A DNA stretch of 55,975 nt from an uncultured Myxococcota bacterium (GCA_965661045.1 CBFICN010000004.1:1-55975); one strand, 5' to 3'. Shown: positions 1 to 10,066, numbered from the stretch's first letter. The notes: generated by a model from the sequence alone, not told the origin. Made by a program: numbers and translations.

Positions 1-65
1 CACAGTGTATTCGTTGCCTTATTGAGTGGTCTAAAAATGACCGCGGACATAAAAAGTCCGATTTC

Positions 66-94
66 TTGGTTTTCGACCTGTTACAGTCTATAAT
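66..94 (+). promoter_or_regulatory. Putative sigma70 promoter for the 137..973 ORF
   Basis: TTGGTT (66-71), 17-nt spacer, perfect TATAAT (89-94); GAGGT RBS at 126-130 before ATG 137. Confidence 0.6.
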
Positions 95-105
95 AAGTTT
101 AGTTT

Positions 106-122
106 GTGAAAACTTGTTCAGT
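106..122 (+). promoter_or_regulatory. Candidate LexA (SOS) operator
   Basis: GTGAAAACTTGTTCAGT matches 15/17 positions of the Myxococcus xanthus LexA consensus CTRHAMRYBYGTTCAGS (recalled) and contains GAAA-N4-GTTC, one mismatch from GAAC-N4-GTTC; lies just downstream of the -10 box. Confidence 0.5.
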
Positions 123-136
123 AATGAGGTCTCAAT

Positions 137-973
137 ATGTACGGTCAAACAAATCAAAATTCCGGTCGTTTCATCAGTGCTTTTGCTCAAAAACGTAAAT
201 CGTCTCAATCTCAAGGATTGGGAAGCCCAACAATACGATTGATATCCCAGCATATGGCAATTGTTTCAACCGTTGGGGCAATCGAAGATTCTATATGCTA
301 TCCAGGTGACAGTTTAAGACTGGGTGTGGAAAGCGAGGGTGATTTATTGTTGGTGAAAGCAACGCACCCCAGTATGGTGGTGTTGTATCCGCAGCCTTTG
401 TTTGCTCGTCGCTATGGAGAGTACGTGATTTTGAATACTCCACATCAACCAACGATTGACATGAAAAAGTGGACTCTTGTAGGTGCGATAAAAGGCATCG
501 AGCGTAGACTGTCATCGAATTCGGCGCTGGGCCAAAGCAATTGGTATATCAAGGTACACGGAGTAGAGGGAGTACTGGTTAAAGATTGGGTTGACTATAT
601 CGAATCCAAGGCCTTGCCCCCAGAGTACCTTGCTGAACTGGCGCTGGAAATCTCTGCGATTGATGGTGCGTCAATACAAGCCGCCTGGTCTAGAAGTGCA
701 TTGGATCATGCAATCATACCAACGCCCAATTCTATAGTCTTTTCATTCAATCGCCTGGAAACAACCAGTGGATTCGTATCTTCGTGGGCCGCGGCTACAA
801 AGAGAACTTTGCGTCGAAAAAGAAGGGTTCGTAGACAACTTGATTTTGATCAAGCCTTGCACCCTGTTCCAGAATGTCGCACATGGATGAACAACATTAC
901 AGTGGGATTAGATTCTCAATCTGATTGTTCTTTACAGTCAAGTTTAGGCAGGGGACAGTTGGCTGGGAAGTAA
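137..973 (+). CDS. Hypothetical protein with a degenerate S24 (LexA/UmuD-like) domain and unknown C-terminal region
   Basis: PGDSL...EGDLLLV...FARRY...WTLVGAIKGIERRL resembles the S24 pattern GDSM...DGDxLxV...TVKR...ILGKVVGVIR; has promoter and RBS. Confidence 0.45.
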   Translation: MYGQTNQNSGRFISAFAQKRKSSQSQGLGSPTIRLISQHMAIVSTVGAIEDSICYPGDSLRLGVESEGDLLLVKATHPSMVVLYPQPLFARRYGEYVILNTPHQPTIDMKKWTLVGAIKGIERRLSSNSALGQSNWYIKVHGVEGVLVKDWVDYIESKALPPEYLAELALEISAIDGASIQAAWSRSALDHAIIPTPNSIVFSFNRLETTSGFVSSWAAATKRTLRRKRRVRRQLDFDQALHPVPECRTWMNNITVGLDSQSDCSLQSSLGRGQLAGK

Positions 974-1097
974 GAAATTCTATTTTCTTGTGTACATCTG
1001 ACTTCAACGATAAAACATAGATGGTAAACCGTAAGGGGTCAATGATAGAAGTCATCTAGCATTCTGGTAAATCTATGCTGGACACAGGGAGCAGAGT

Positions 1098-1862
1098 ATG
1101 GTTCAAGAAAAGATCATTGGTGTAGTACACTTGCTACCACTTCCAGGCACTCCAAATGGTGTATACCCATTTTCGACTGTATTGAATAGAGCGCTTCAAG
1201 ATGCACAGTCGTTAAAAGAAGGGGGCGTGTCTTGTGTGATGATCGAAAATTTTGGAGATGCTCCATTTGTTCGAGATCAAGTTGAGCCCCACATTGTTTC
1301 GATGATGACGTTGATATCCAAGGAAATACAGCAACTGGGCTTGACCATTGGGATCAATGTTTTGCGCAACGATGCGGCTGCTGCCATGGCCATTGCTACA
1401 GCAGTCGATGCAAAATTGATCCGCGTCAATGTTCATACAGGAGCCGCTTGGACGGACCAAGGTCTGATTCAAGGGGATGCCTACAAGACTCTGATGTATC
1501 GAAAGCAGCTTTCTTCGCAGGTTTCCATTATGGCAGATGTCATGGTAAAACATGCGACTCCGACTGGAACACGTACGCTATTGGATGCGGCAAAAGATAC
1601 AGTGTATCGAGGTGGTGCGGACGCTTTAATTGTGACTGGGACTGCGACTGGCGCAACGGCCGACCTAAATGAACTATCGACCTTACGAGAAGCCTTGCCA
1701 GGAGTGAAATTGTGGGTGGGTTCCGGTGTTGTACCCGACAATGTACAATCCGTGTTGTCCATTGCTAACGGCGCAATCGTAGGGACGTACTTTCATGCCA
1801 ATGGAGATTTATCAAAACCCTTGGACGTGGAGCGCATTCGACAGTTTATGCGTTTGGTGTAG
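1098..1862 (+). CDS. btpA: BtpA/SgcQ family TIM-barrel protein
   Basis: IIGVVHLLPLPGTP, MIENFGDAPF, GINVLRND, ADVMVKH, GADALIVTGxATG, VGSGV, GAIVGT motifs. Confidence 0.9.
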   Translation: MVQEKIIGVVHLLPLPGTPNGVYPFSTVLNRALQDAQSLKEGGVSCVMIENFGDAPFVRDQVEPHIVSMMTLISKEIQQLGLTIGINVLRNDAAAAMAIATAVDAKLIRVNVHTGAAWTDQGLIQGDAYKTLMYRKQLSSQVSIMADVMVKHATPTGTRTLLDAAKDTVYRGGADALIVTGTATGATADLNELSTLREALPGVKLWVGSGVVPDNVQSVLSIANGAIVGTYFHANGDLSKPLDVERIRQFMRLV

Positions 1863-1968
1863 AACTCAAAATTTGAATGGGTGGAACCATTTTATTTGTA
1901 TTAATTTATTGGTGAGTTTATAACGAAATCCGAACTTGTGAGACCAACTTTTAAGATGGGTGGAACTA

Positions 1969-2667
1969 CTATTCTGAAGAGTCCAGCGGCGTTCCAGAGA
2001 CGTACTGTTCATACCTGCGCCCAATTTGGTTGTCTAATCGAGTCATTCCCATTCTGGACACCATTACCACGAAAACATCGTTGAGTCCTTCACTCAGTGC
2101 ATACTTGTTCACAAATTCTACTTCGATGTAGCCAGTGGCGCTGAAGTCTGTGGTTGGGTTGAGCAAATGTCCGCGTGGTGAAAACACCAGTGAGTCCGTC
2201 AATCCAGTGCGCGGGCCTCCGATGTCACCCGAAGTGTAGCGGATAGAGACTTTATTGGCTTTCTTTTGTCCACTTTGACCCAGGTCAATGATTCCGAGAC
2301 TCTGGTCGTCATCACTGCTATCTGTATAGGTGTCTTCCGGTAAGATGTCCCATGTTGTACTGTTCATTGAAGCGTTGCCCAGTGACACAGAATACTTTCC
2401 ATAGTTGGTTGTTGCGATGGATGCTGGGTTGGAGTCCCAAGCCAATAGAGAAACTTTGCATTCGCGATTGCTGCGAATCGCTAGGTGTCGACAAAGATCT
2501 ACGTGTTTGGCAAATTCTTGTGCGGCAGCCTTCGAGCGAAACTTGGGTACCATGGCTTGCACTTGCCAGCCAGCCAAAGCGCTTAAAATACCAATGATGG
2601 CGACCACAATGGCCAGTTCAATCATGGTAAAGGCTTTTCGAGTTCTATTGAATGACGATCGCTTCAT
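1969..2667 (-). CDS. Type IV pilin / pseudopilin-like protein (FimT/GspH-like); start may be 2676
   Basis: Basic leader then KA|FTMIELAIVVAIIGILSALA prepilin N-methylation motif; AIRSNR helix and LVFSPRG motif as in GspH/FimT. Confidence 0.8.
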   Translation of the reverse strand: MKRSSFNRTRKAFTMIELAIVVAIIGILSALAGWQVQAMVPKFRSKAAAQEFAKHVDLCRHLAIRSNRECKVSLLAWDSNPASIATTNYGKYSVSLGNASMNSTTWDILPEDTYTDSSDDDQSLGIIDLGQSGQKKANKVSIRYTSGDIGGPRTGLTDSLVFSPRGHLLNPTTDFSATGYIEVEFVNKYALSEGLNDVFVVMVSRMGMTRLDNQIGRRYEQYVSGTPLDSSE

Positions 2668-2731
2668 GAAATACATTGTAACACAATTCGCAACTACTGG
2701 ATCCGACTTCATCGATATTGGGATCAATCAT

Positions 2732-2758
2732 TTGACAGAGATGGTGAAATGCGATAAT
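2732..2758 (+). promoter_or_regulatory. Possible rpsD promoter
   Basis: TTGACA (2732-2737) and TGnGATAAT (2750-2758) but with a short 15-nt spacer; a second TATAAT lies at 2808-2813. Confidence 0.3.
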
Positions 2759-2845
2759 TGTGGTATGTTGCATTTTTTACAGATGAGTAGACATCACTGT
2801 AATCACTTATAATATTGAATAACACAATACAACAGGATTGGATTT

Positions 2846-3466
2846 ATGGCTCGCTATCGAGGACCCAGATTAAAGATTTGTCGTGCACTTGGTGTAGAAC
2901 TTCCAGGTTTGACCAGAAAAGTTAGAAAACCACACCGTCAACATCCTCCGGGCGTACACGGTGCAGGGCGTCGTGGAAAGCCTTCGGACTACAAAATCCG
3001 TCTTCAAGAAAAGCAAAAGTTGCGTTTCCACTTTGGTGTTGGTGAAAAGCAATTCAAGAAATACATGACCGAAGCTGCCCGTCGCAAGGGGCCCACTGGA
3101 GAAAACTTGATTACTCTTTTGGAATCTCGTTTGGACAATGTCATTTGGCGACTTGGTTTTGCCCCAACAATTCCTGCTGCACGTCAAATGGTTGTTCACG
3201 GCCACATCATGTTGAATGGACACAAAGTAGACCGTCCAAGTTACCAAGTAAAAGACGGTATGACTGTTTCCATCCGTGAGAAGAGCCTTCAAACAGATTT
3301 CATTCGTGGTCGTCTGGAAGAAGCAACCCACAGAAATCCTCCAGAGTACTTGGAGCGAGATTTGGAAAAGGCTGCCGGTAAGAAAATTCAAAAGCCGACT
3401 CGCAACGATTTGCCATTCGATGTAGATCTTCAGCAAGTGGTGGAATACTATTCTCAGATGTTGTAA
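2846..3466 (+). CDS. rpsD: 30S ribosomal protein S4
   Basis: MARYRGPRLKICRALG, SDYKIRLQEKQKLR, LESRLDNVIWRLGFAPTIPAARQMVVHGH, VVEYYS. Confidence 0.98.
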   Translation: MARYRGPRLKICRALGVELPGLTRKVRKPHRQHPPGVHGAGRRGKPSDYKIRLQEKQKLRFHFGVGEKQFKKYMTEAARRKGPTGENLITLLESRLDNVIWRLGFAPTIPAARQMVVHGHIMLNGHKVDRPSYQVKDGMTVSIREKSLQTDFIRGRLEEATHRNPPEYLERDLEKAAGKKIQKPTRNDLPFDVDLQQVVEYYSQML

Positions 3467-3485
3467 TCCGAATTCGGGTATTCAG

Positions 3486-3512
3486 AAAGAGAGGCTTCGG
3501 TCTCTCTTTTTT
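3486..3512 (+). terminator. Rho-independent terminator after rpsD
   Basis: AAAGAGAGGC-TTCG-GTCTCTCTTT hairpin with cUUCGg loop followed by a T-run. Confidence 0.9.
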
Positions 3513-3560
3513 GCTTTTTTGAATATCGTCACGGCTAGGCGAATTGGATACACTGTAAGT

Positions 3561-5729
3561 ATGTTTCTTGTGCTGTTCTCATTGATGGGGTGCGCACCTA
3601 AAGGTACAGCCACAGTTTCAACAGTAAAATTTGATGGCAATGGACACCCATTTTCTTTAACCAACGATCAAAACTTGCGTTCGGCAATGGTTCAAAAAGA
3701 AACGACTTGGTTGGAGACCGTTCGCCAGAGAGAGTCGGTCTCTCCTTACGATCCTTTGACGCTGCAGCTTGATGCTTGGCGCATTGAAAATTGGTATGCC
3801 CAGCATGGATACATAAACGCGAAATTTATAGGGTGGTCTATTCATACCAAGCCAACGCGCTTTTGGCATCGTCATCCAAGAGTGGTCGTGACCGGGCATG
3901 TGGAAGAAGGCGAACAGGTACACATTCGCTCTATTGATTGGCAACGAGACAGTCAAGTATTGTTGCAACGTGAACTGGATGCTCGATTGGCTTTGTCTGT
4001 TGGTGAGCCCTTGAACTGGGCGCTGATTGAGCAGTCGGAGTTGGACTTGCTGTCGCTTGCACAAAATCGAAGTTATGCCTATGCCAATGTGGATGTCTCG
4101 GTGGATGTCTGGCCCAGTAATTGTCATCAACTTGTGGATCAGACTGGGATGTGTCTGTCCCAACAGGTGCGAGCACACTGTCTACTTGACAAGGAAGAGT
4201 GGTGTGAAGGGGTGTTGCCACAACTGGATTCTTGTTCGAACGATTGGTGCTTAGAGCAACTGGCGACCCCTTATGAATCTATGATAGACAGATCATCCGA
4301 ATACGTTGCCGATGTTGTGGTTCGATTTCAAGAAGGACCGTCCTGTAAGTTTGGTGAGGTCGAGTGGCTAACCCAGACAACGATTGATGAGACTGTATTA
4401 AAGGATCAGATACCATTTCGAAAAGGGAGCATCTTTCGAGCCTCTAAATTGTCTCAATTCCAAAGGCGTCTCTTTTCCTTGGATCAGTTTTCAGTAGTTA
4501 CGGTGACGCCCGTACTCACTGGAGACACCACCATTCCAGTACAAGTTGTCTTGTCTGAGCGCAAAAAAAGAGAAGCGGCGGTTGGGGTCGGTGGCAATGT
4601 CGACAGCGGTCTTTTTTCCGTTTATGGTTCATTTGATTTCTCGCACATCAATTTGGGCAACCGATTGCTATCGTTGGACCTTGACAATCAAGTCGGTTAC
4701 GCCGCCTATCCAACCTTGTCTAGAACAGAGTTAATGGCGGGACCCACACTGCATCACGTTGCAAGGTTGTTCTATCCACGATTTGTAAAACCGATGTGGG
4801 CCATTGGGATTGAATTGGATTATGAAATGGGGATTCAACCGGCCTATCGCTTCAGTTCACCCAAAGTGGCACCGTATTTCTCGTGGAAAGAACCATTAAA
4901 TTCTCGATTGTACTCAGTCGTGGATGCCCAGTTGTCGTATTATTTTACAGGCTTCACATACTTTGATGTTCGAGTTCCAGACGACAGTTTGGATGATGTG
5001 GTTCAACTCGGATACGTCGGACAACAAATTGTCTTGGATGGTCGAAATGACCCTGTATTTTCCAGTCAGGGTCGATATTTGTCTTTACACACATACCAGG
5101 CCAGTCAGTTCTTGGGCGGAGACTACGACTATTCCAAGTTTCAATTAGAGGTGCGACGTTTCATTCCACTTCTCAATCTCGGTCAAGTGAGAATCCCAGG
5201 GGCTGGTAAGACAATCCGTCAATGGCGGGTGCAACGCTCCAAAGTTCCAATCTCTGTGGATGGGGTGGTGTCCTATCGATGGAGTCTAGGGGGATTGATC
5301 CCCTATGGATCTGTAATGGGAAATTCTTATGCACCGGATGCAGAGTTTTTCTTTTTGGGTGGTGGAAATGACGTGCGTGGTTGGCAGGCACAACGACTGG
5401 GTCCCTATGTGTGTGAGACAGAGCCTTGTGTGGACGCCAATGCCATAGTTCCGGTTGGTGGGACGGTTATGGGATTTGGAAATCTTGAGTATCGACAATA
5501 TTTTCCATCTGACATGGGCTTTGCCATCTTTGCCGACGCCGGTCGTGTGTGGGAAACAATATCTGAAGTTCACCCGTCTGATATTCAGCCCTCTGTTGGT
5601 GCTGGGTTTCGATATCGAAGCCCAATAGGACCGTTGCGCTTGGATGTGGCTTGTCGTTTAAAGGATGACCCCTTGTTTGTACTGGAGGACAAATGTCGAC
5701 TGCATTTCGCATTTTCCGAAAGTTATTAA
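3561..5729 (+). CDS. tamA: Omp85/TamA-family outer membrane protein, probably lipidated
   Basis: POTRA-like repeats (WYAQHGYINAK, SYAYANVDV, RRLFSLDQFSVV); barrel motifs FFLGGGNDVRGW and GAGFRYRSPIGPLRLDVA; terminal aromatic residue; lipobox LMG-C; directly upstream of tamB. Confidence 0.85.
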   Translation: MFLVLFSLMGCAPKGTATVSTVKFDGNGHPFSLTNDQNLRSAMVQKETTWLETVRQRESVSPYDPLTLQLDAWRIENWYAQHGYINAKFIGWSIHTKPTRFWHRHPRVVVTGHVEEGEQVHIRSIDWQRDSQVLLQRELDARLALSVGEPLNWALIEQSELDLLSLAQNRSYAYANVDVSVDVWPSNCHQLVDQTGMCLSQQVRAHCLLDKEEWCEGVLPQLDSCSNDWCLEQLATPYESMIDRSSEYVADVVVRFQEGPSCKFGEVEWLTQTTIDETVLKDQIPFRKGSIFRASKLSQFQRRLFSLDQFSVVTVTPVLTGDTTIPVQVVLSERKKREAAVGVGGNVDSGLFSVYGSFDFSHINLGNRLLSLDLDNQVGYAAYPTLSRTELMAGPTLHHVARLFYPRFVKPMWAIGIELDYEMGIQPAYRFSSPKVAPYFSWKEPLNSRLYSVVDAQLSYYFTGFTYFDVRVPDDSLDDVVQLGYVGQQIVLDGRNDPVFSSQGRYLSLHTYQASQFLGGDYDYSKFQLEVRRFIPLLNLGQVRIPGAGKTIRQWRVQRSKVPISVDGVVSYRWSLGGLIPYGSVMGNSYAPDAEFFFLGGGNDVRGWQAQRLGPYVCETEPCVDANAIVPVGGTVMGFGNLEYRQYFPSDMGFAIFADAGRVWETISEVHPSDIQPSVGAGFRYRSPIGPLRLDVACRLKDDPLFVLEDKCRLHFAFSESY

Positions 5730-8700
5730 CGATTCGTCTGTTGATTTACGGACCGATAGTCGCTGCCACAATACTGGTGTCCATGGCGACTATGATGCAG
5801 ACTCGATGGGGAAATCGTGTTGTGGCACAGTTGCTTGAGATGGGGGCTGAGGCGTCTCTTCCAAATCTGGATTTGGAAATTGGTGGAATGACTCTGCTCG
5901 GTTGGAACGGTGTTGTGTTTGAAAACACCAGCGTGTCCACAGTTGGCGATGCACCCATGTTTTGGTTTAAACGGCTGTCTCTTGAATGGGCTTGGGACAA
6001 AGAGTTTCGACTCTTTTGTGTGCTGGATTCACCCACAGTGGAGATTTCAACAACTGCGGACGGTGGATTGAATTGGCACAAACTATTTCCACCCTCGGAG
6101 AGTACAGACTCAACGGATGTTCAATGGCCGACTTTGGGCTTTGATGTAAGCGTACCAATAATTGAAATTCAAAACGGGCAAGTGGAGTTGTTTGAACAGG
6201 GTGTGGCACTGAATTTGGACATGGGCGCTTTTTGGAAACAAGAAGATCAACTTGATTGGATGTTGCACGACATTCAAATTGTCGCTGAGGAACTTGGTAC
6301 ATTCGAGACAAACAGTCGAATTGTGGGAGATGGAAACCGTTTAGACATTGCAATTGGATTGGGGCACAAAGCTGGCTCTATAGAACTCAATGGGCACATC
6401 GAAAACATACTGTCCGATATGAGTGGTGATTTGGATGCGACGTGGGAAATTGAGCCGGCTGCAATGGATTTCTTCGATTCTCCAGTTGGCTTGCGAAAGA
6501 CGTTGACTGGTCGGTTTGGAGTTCAAGGCACTGGACAGCAATTGTTGGCTCGACTCGACAGCAATATCGGTTTGGCGCTGGATGCAACGGTTGCACCAGA
6601 ACAGGAACAGTGGAATGGTAGACTGTCTTTTAACGATACAGTACTGCACCAGTGGTTTGACGATATTGAAGACAGTGTTCTACAAGGGGAATTTGGTTTT
6701 GACGGATCCGGATTCGATTGGCAGAATAATTTGGTAGGTTCTGTGTCAGGCAGTTTGGTTGATCCCGTTGTTTGGAATGAGCAACTACTGGATGTTCAAA
6801 CGGCTGTTCGATTGAACAAAGGACAGGTTGTGGTTGAGCAGTTTACCATAGAACATCCTTCTGGGCGTGTTGATTTGACTGGAAGTGTAGATGCTTTGGA
6901 AAGCACGGGAACTGTTCGACTGGAAACAAAGGTTGAAGATGTATCTTCTTGGTTGCCAGAATATTCAGTGCATGCAGAGGGTGTACACGATATAAACGTC
7001 AATTGGCGTTCCGAGGTTGAAGCGAAAGTGAACGGAACGCTGGAGCTGCAGGATGTCTCTGATGGACTTGGGGTGTCAATAGAGCATGGAGAGATCCAGT
7101 CTCAAGGAATTTGGAAAGATTCTGCTTTGCATTTAGAGAATGTGGTGACGGCCAACAACACAAGGGCGGTCGGTGTTGAATTGCCGGAAGTGCTCTCCGA
7201 TATTGTCCTTGACGTGCTAGACAATGGAGATATTCAGATCAGTGGTGTACCCACAATACCCAATCTCTATGTTGGAGATGGAACGCTTCACCTAAAAGAT
7301 TTGAAAGGTGGATTTGGGTTTGGCATGACGGAGTCTGGTCCACAACTGAAAACGGAAGATATGACAGTGGGGCAACTGATACTGGTGCCTGCACAGTATG
7401 TTGTTGACGGTGGGAGCATCGACTTTTCGTTGAAAGACAATCAATTGTTGGCAGATTTGCACCTACTGAGAAAAAAGAGAACCTTTATTCAGTCGCGCGC
7501 CAAAGCGGATTTGAACGAGGGGATTTGGAGCATTGATCGACTGGATTTTGTTCCCATCGGTCAAGAGGGGTGGTCTCTGAAAGACGGTGTGTCTTTTGAG
7601 TTGACAGAGGGTGGTGTTGGCGATCTGGATTTGCAATTGGTGGGCGATGCTGGAGACATTCATTTGGTGGTGGATCAGCAAAATTCAGAGCCAGATGTGG
7701 GGGTTGAAATCCAACGGTTGGACATTGAGTATCTCCGTGCGTTGAGCAACGCTTTTTTGGGACCAGACACCATTCCCATTGATATTTCGGGCCAGGTGTT
7801 TGGTTCCATTCATTTGCTGGGGTACAAGGGTCGATTTCAAGATGGAGATTACCTTTTATTCAAAGATATCAAGAGTCCAGACTTGGCGAATTATGTGGAT
7901 GTGTATGTAGATGTTGGAGGGTCTTTGGAGCGTATCCAAACCCACATGTCGATTCAGCACGAAGATCAAAAACTGGTTCAAGGGACGGTAATATTACCGA
8001 TGGTTGAAGGAGCCCCCAGTTGTGAAGCACCAGTGCGTGGACACATTGTACAGATTGAGCGAAACTGGCAAGAACTCAACACTTGGATCCCAGTATTTCC
8101 CGATGTGGATATGGTGTCCAGCGCAGAGATACGGGTTGATGGCACTGCGTGTGATCCAGTATTGGCCATTGTTGGACAGGGTGATGTCTCCGTTGGTGCT
8201 CAAGGAGAGCGAGTCCGATGGCTTGCAACCGTGGAACATGAGTCGGATCGGCTGTCTGGTACGGTACAAGTGATGGATGGTTTGTACGAGCGTTTTCATA
8301 CAGACATCGAAGGCCGCACCCATCTGTCAAAGATGTTGGAGGGTGACGCAACTGTGAGTGCCTTTGACTCCATCACGGTTCAAATGCAGAGTCGGGATCT
8401 GTACGTGCAACGCATTGGGCGATGGATGGGCTTTCCTGATTTGGGACGCGGAAAAATCGATTCGAGTGTTGTGATCGGTGTGACCCCAGACGATTGGACG
8501 TTGGATGCGGATATTTCGTTGCCGAAAGTTCGGTTGGCCAAACACCGTTTGAGTTTGGACAGTGGGCTTCAGATAACAGTAGCAGAATCCAAATTGGATG
8601 GGACACTGAAACTGGATTTTCTGAGCAAAGGTGCCATAGAAGGTTCTGTGGACTATGACTTGGAGACCGACGCGCTGTTTTCAACACTGGATATAGAACA

Positions 8701-10066
8701 AGTTCCGGCCACGTTGTTGTCTATTTTTGTACCAGATATCCGTCAGGAACATGGGAAAATAGAAGGCAATATTCTTGTGGATGGAACGATGACAGAGCCA
8801 CTGATCAATGCGTTGGTGGGCATTGATGACCTTGGATTTCAAATCCCAACCCTCGGAACAGAATATCAGAACATCAATGCAGAAGTGGCCATGGAAAATG
8901 GTCAACTGTCTCTGCAAAAGTTGGATGGCCAAGCCCGATATCTCAATGCGGGTCCGTTGGAATTGACTTCTTGGGGACGGTTTGGACTGCGCTCCACGGC
9001 AACGTACTCAGAAGATGGCATTCAAGCAACGGCCAGATTGGGGTTGGACGAGTTTCCTATACTCAATACCGACATGGCTCAAGCCGTTGTATCTGGGTCC
9101 ATTAAAATTTTACAGGCCTCGGAAGGGCTATCTTTTGAGGGAGATGCATATGTTCACCAAGCGTCGGTTCGGCTGGGACGTGAATTCTTTGAAGAGGGGG
9201 CATCGTTGGCCTTACCCAGTGACTTTACCATTCATCGAAACAGTCGATCCGTGACGCAAACTGGAGCTGTAGATGACTGGTTGGATGAATTTTGGGAAGG
9301 GGTACATGGAAGCATCCATGTAGATTTGGGTGATCGAGTGGTGGTACACACGACAATGCCCATGACCAACGATTATGGAGAAGCCGCTTCCAAGATTTCT
9401 GAGGTGCGGGTGGATGCAGAACTTCGCGGAGTGTTGGACGTTGGATGGAAGTTTGGCCAACCAGATGTATTGGGAACGGTGAACACCCTTCGAGGTACAT
9501 TTGTGACGATGGGAAAAGAGTTTTCTCTGGGTGAAGGAGACATCGTTTTTTCTGGACTCGACGTATACAACCCTGAACTCAATTTGTTTGCCGACAAGTC
9601 CTTTGGAGAGTATGGTCGCATTGGGGTTGCGGTAACTGGGTCTGTTGATGAGATGGATTTGGTCTTTGAGTCGATTGATTCGCCCTATCCGTTTGATCAA
9701 ACCGACATCGTGACGTTGTTGTTGCTTGGCAAACCCAGTCAAGAGTTGGCTGGTTCGGAAAGTCAAACGGGGGCAGTGTTGATTCAGGCGGGTCTGACGT
9801 CGATGAGTGGTGCCGTTGGAGACGCCTTGGGTGGTTCGGTGGTGGACAATGTGGACTGGGACCCAACAGAAGGTATGTTTCGCGTTGGTAAGACGCTGTC
9901 TGATACGATGTTCCTGTCCTATATGCGGAATTACTGGGCCGACGAAGGAGAAAACATCAATGAAGTGACATTGGAGTGGTTGTTGTTGCAACGTGTATAC
10001 GGTGAATTCGTTACTGGGGATGCCAACAACACCCAAGCGACATTGTACTATCGATGGGTCTTTTGA
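5693..10066 (+). CDS. tamB: Translocation and assembly module TamB (DUF490)
   Basis: 1457 aa with N-terminal TM anchor and beta-rich body; C-terminal NPELNLFA...DIVTLLLLGKP...VGKTLSDTMFLSY...LYYRWVF; overlaps tamA. Confidence 0.85.
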   Translation: MSTAFRIFRKLLTIRLLIYGPIVAATILVSMATMMQTRWGNRVVAQLLEMGAEASLPNLDLEIGGMTLLGWNGVVFENTSVSTVGDAPMFWFKRLSLEWAWDKEFRLFCVLDSPTVEISTTADGGLNWHKLFPPSESTDSTDVQWPTLGFDVSVPIIEIQNGQVELFEQGVALNLDMGAFWKQEDQLDWMLHDIQIVAEELGTFETNSRIVGDGNRLDIAIGLGHKAGSIELNGHIENILSDMSGDLDATWEIEPAAMDFFDSPVGLRKTLTGRFGVQGTGQQLLARLDSNIGLALDATVAPEQEQWNGRLSFNDTVLHQWFDDIEDSVLQGEFGFDGSGFDWQNNLVGSVSGSLVDPVVWNEQLLDVQTAVRLNKGQVVVEQFTIEHPSGRVDLTGSVDALESTGTVRLETKVEDVSSWLPEYSVHAEGVHDINVNWRSEVEAKVNGTLELQDVSDGLGVSIEHGEIQSQGIWKDSALHLENVVTANNTRAVGVELPEVLSDIVLDVLDNGDIQISGVPTIPNLYVGDGTLHLKDLKGGFGFGMTESGPQLKTEDMTVGQLILVPAQYVVDGGSIDFSLKDNQLLADLHLLRKKRTFIQSRAKADLNEGIWSIDRLDFVPIGQEGWSLKDGVSFELTEGGVGDLDLQLVGDAGDIHLVVDQQNSEPDVGVEIQRLDIEYLRALSNAFLGPDTIPIDISGQVFGSIHLLGYKGRFQDGDYLLFKDIKSPDLANYVDVYVDVGGSLERIQTHMSIQHEDQKLVQGTVILPMVEGAPSCEAPVRGHIVQIERNWQELNTWIPVFPDVDMVSSAEIRVDGTACDPVLAIVGQGDVSVGAQGERVRWLATVEHESDRLSGTVQVMDGLYERFHTDIEGRTHLSKMLEGDATVSAFDSITVQMQSRDLYVQRIGRWMGFPDLGRGKIDSSVVIGVTPDDWTLDADISLPKVRLAKHRLSLDSGLQITVAESKLDGTLKLDFLSKGAIEGSVDYDLETDALFSTLDIEQVPATLLSIFVPDIRQEHGKIEGNILVDGTMTEPLINALVGIDDLGFQIPTLGTEYQNINAEVAMENGQLSLQKLDGQARYLNAGPLELTSWGRFGLRSTATYSEDGIQATARLGLDEFPILNTDMAQAVVSGSIKILQASEGLSFEGDAYVHQASVRLGREFFEEGASLALPSDFTIHRNSRSVTQTGAVDDWLDEFWEGVHGSIHVDLGDRVVVHTTMPMTNDYGEAASKISEVRVDAELRGVLDVGWKFGQPDVLGTVNTLRGTFVTMGKEFSLGEGDIVFSGLDVYNPELNLFADKSFGEYGRIGVAVTGSVDEMDLVFESIDSPYPFDQTDIVTLLLLGKPSQELAGSESQTGAVLIQAGLTSMSGAVGDALGGSVVDNVDWDPTEGMFRVGKTLSDTMFLSYMRNYWADEGENINEVTLEWLLLQRVYGEFVTGDANNTQATLYYRWVF

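Noticed and set aside
9212-10036. 274-aa minus-strand ORF
   Set aside because: Lies wholly antisense to the conserved tamB C-terminus with no recognisable motifs
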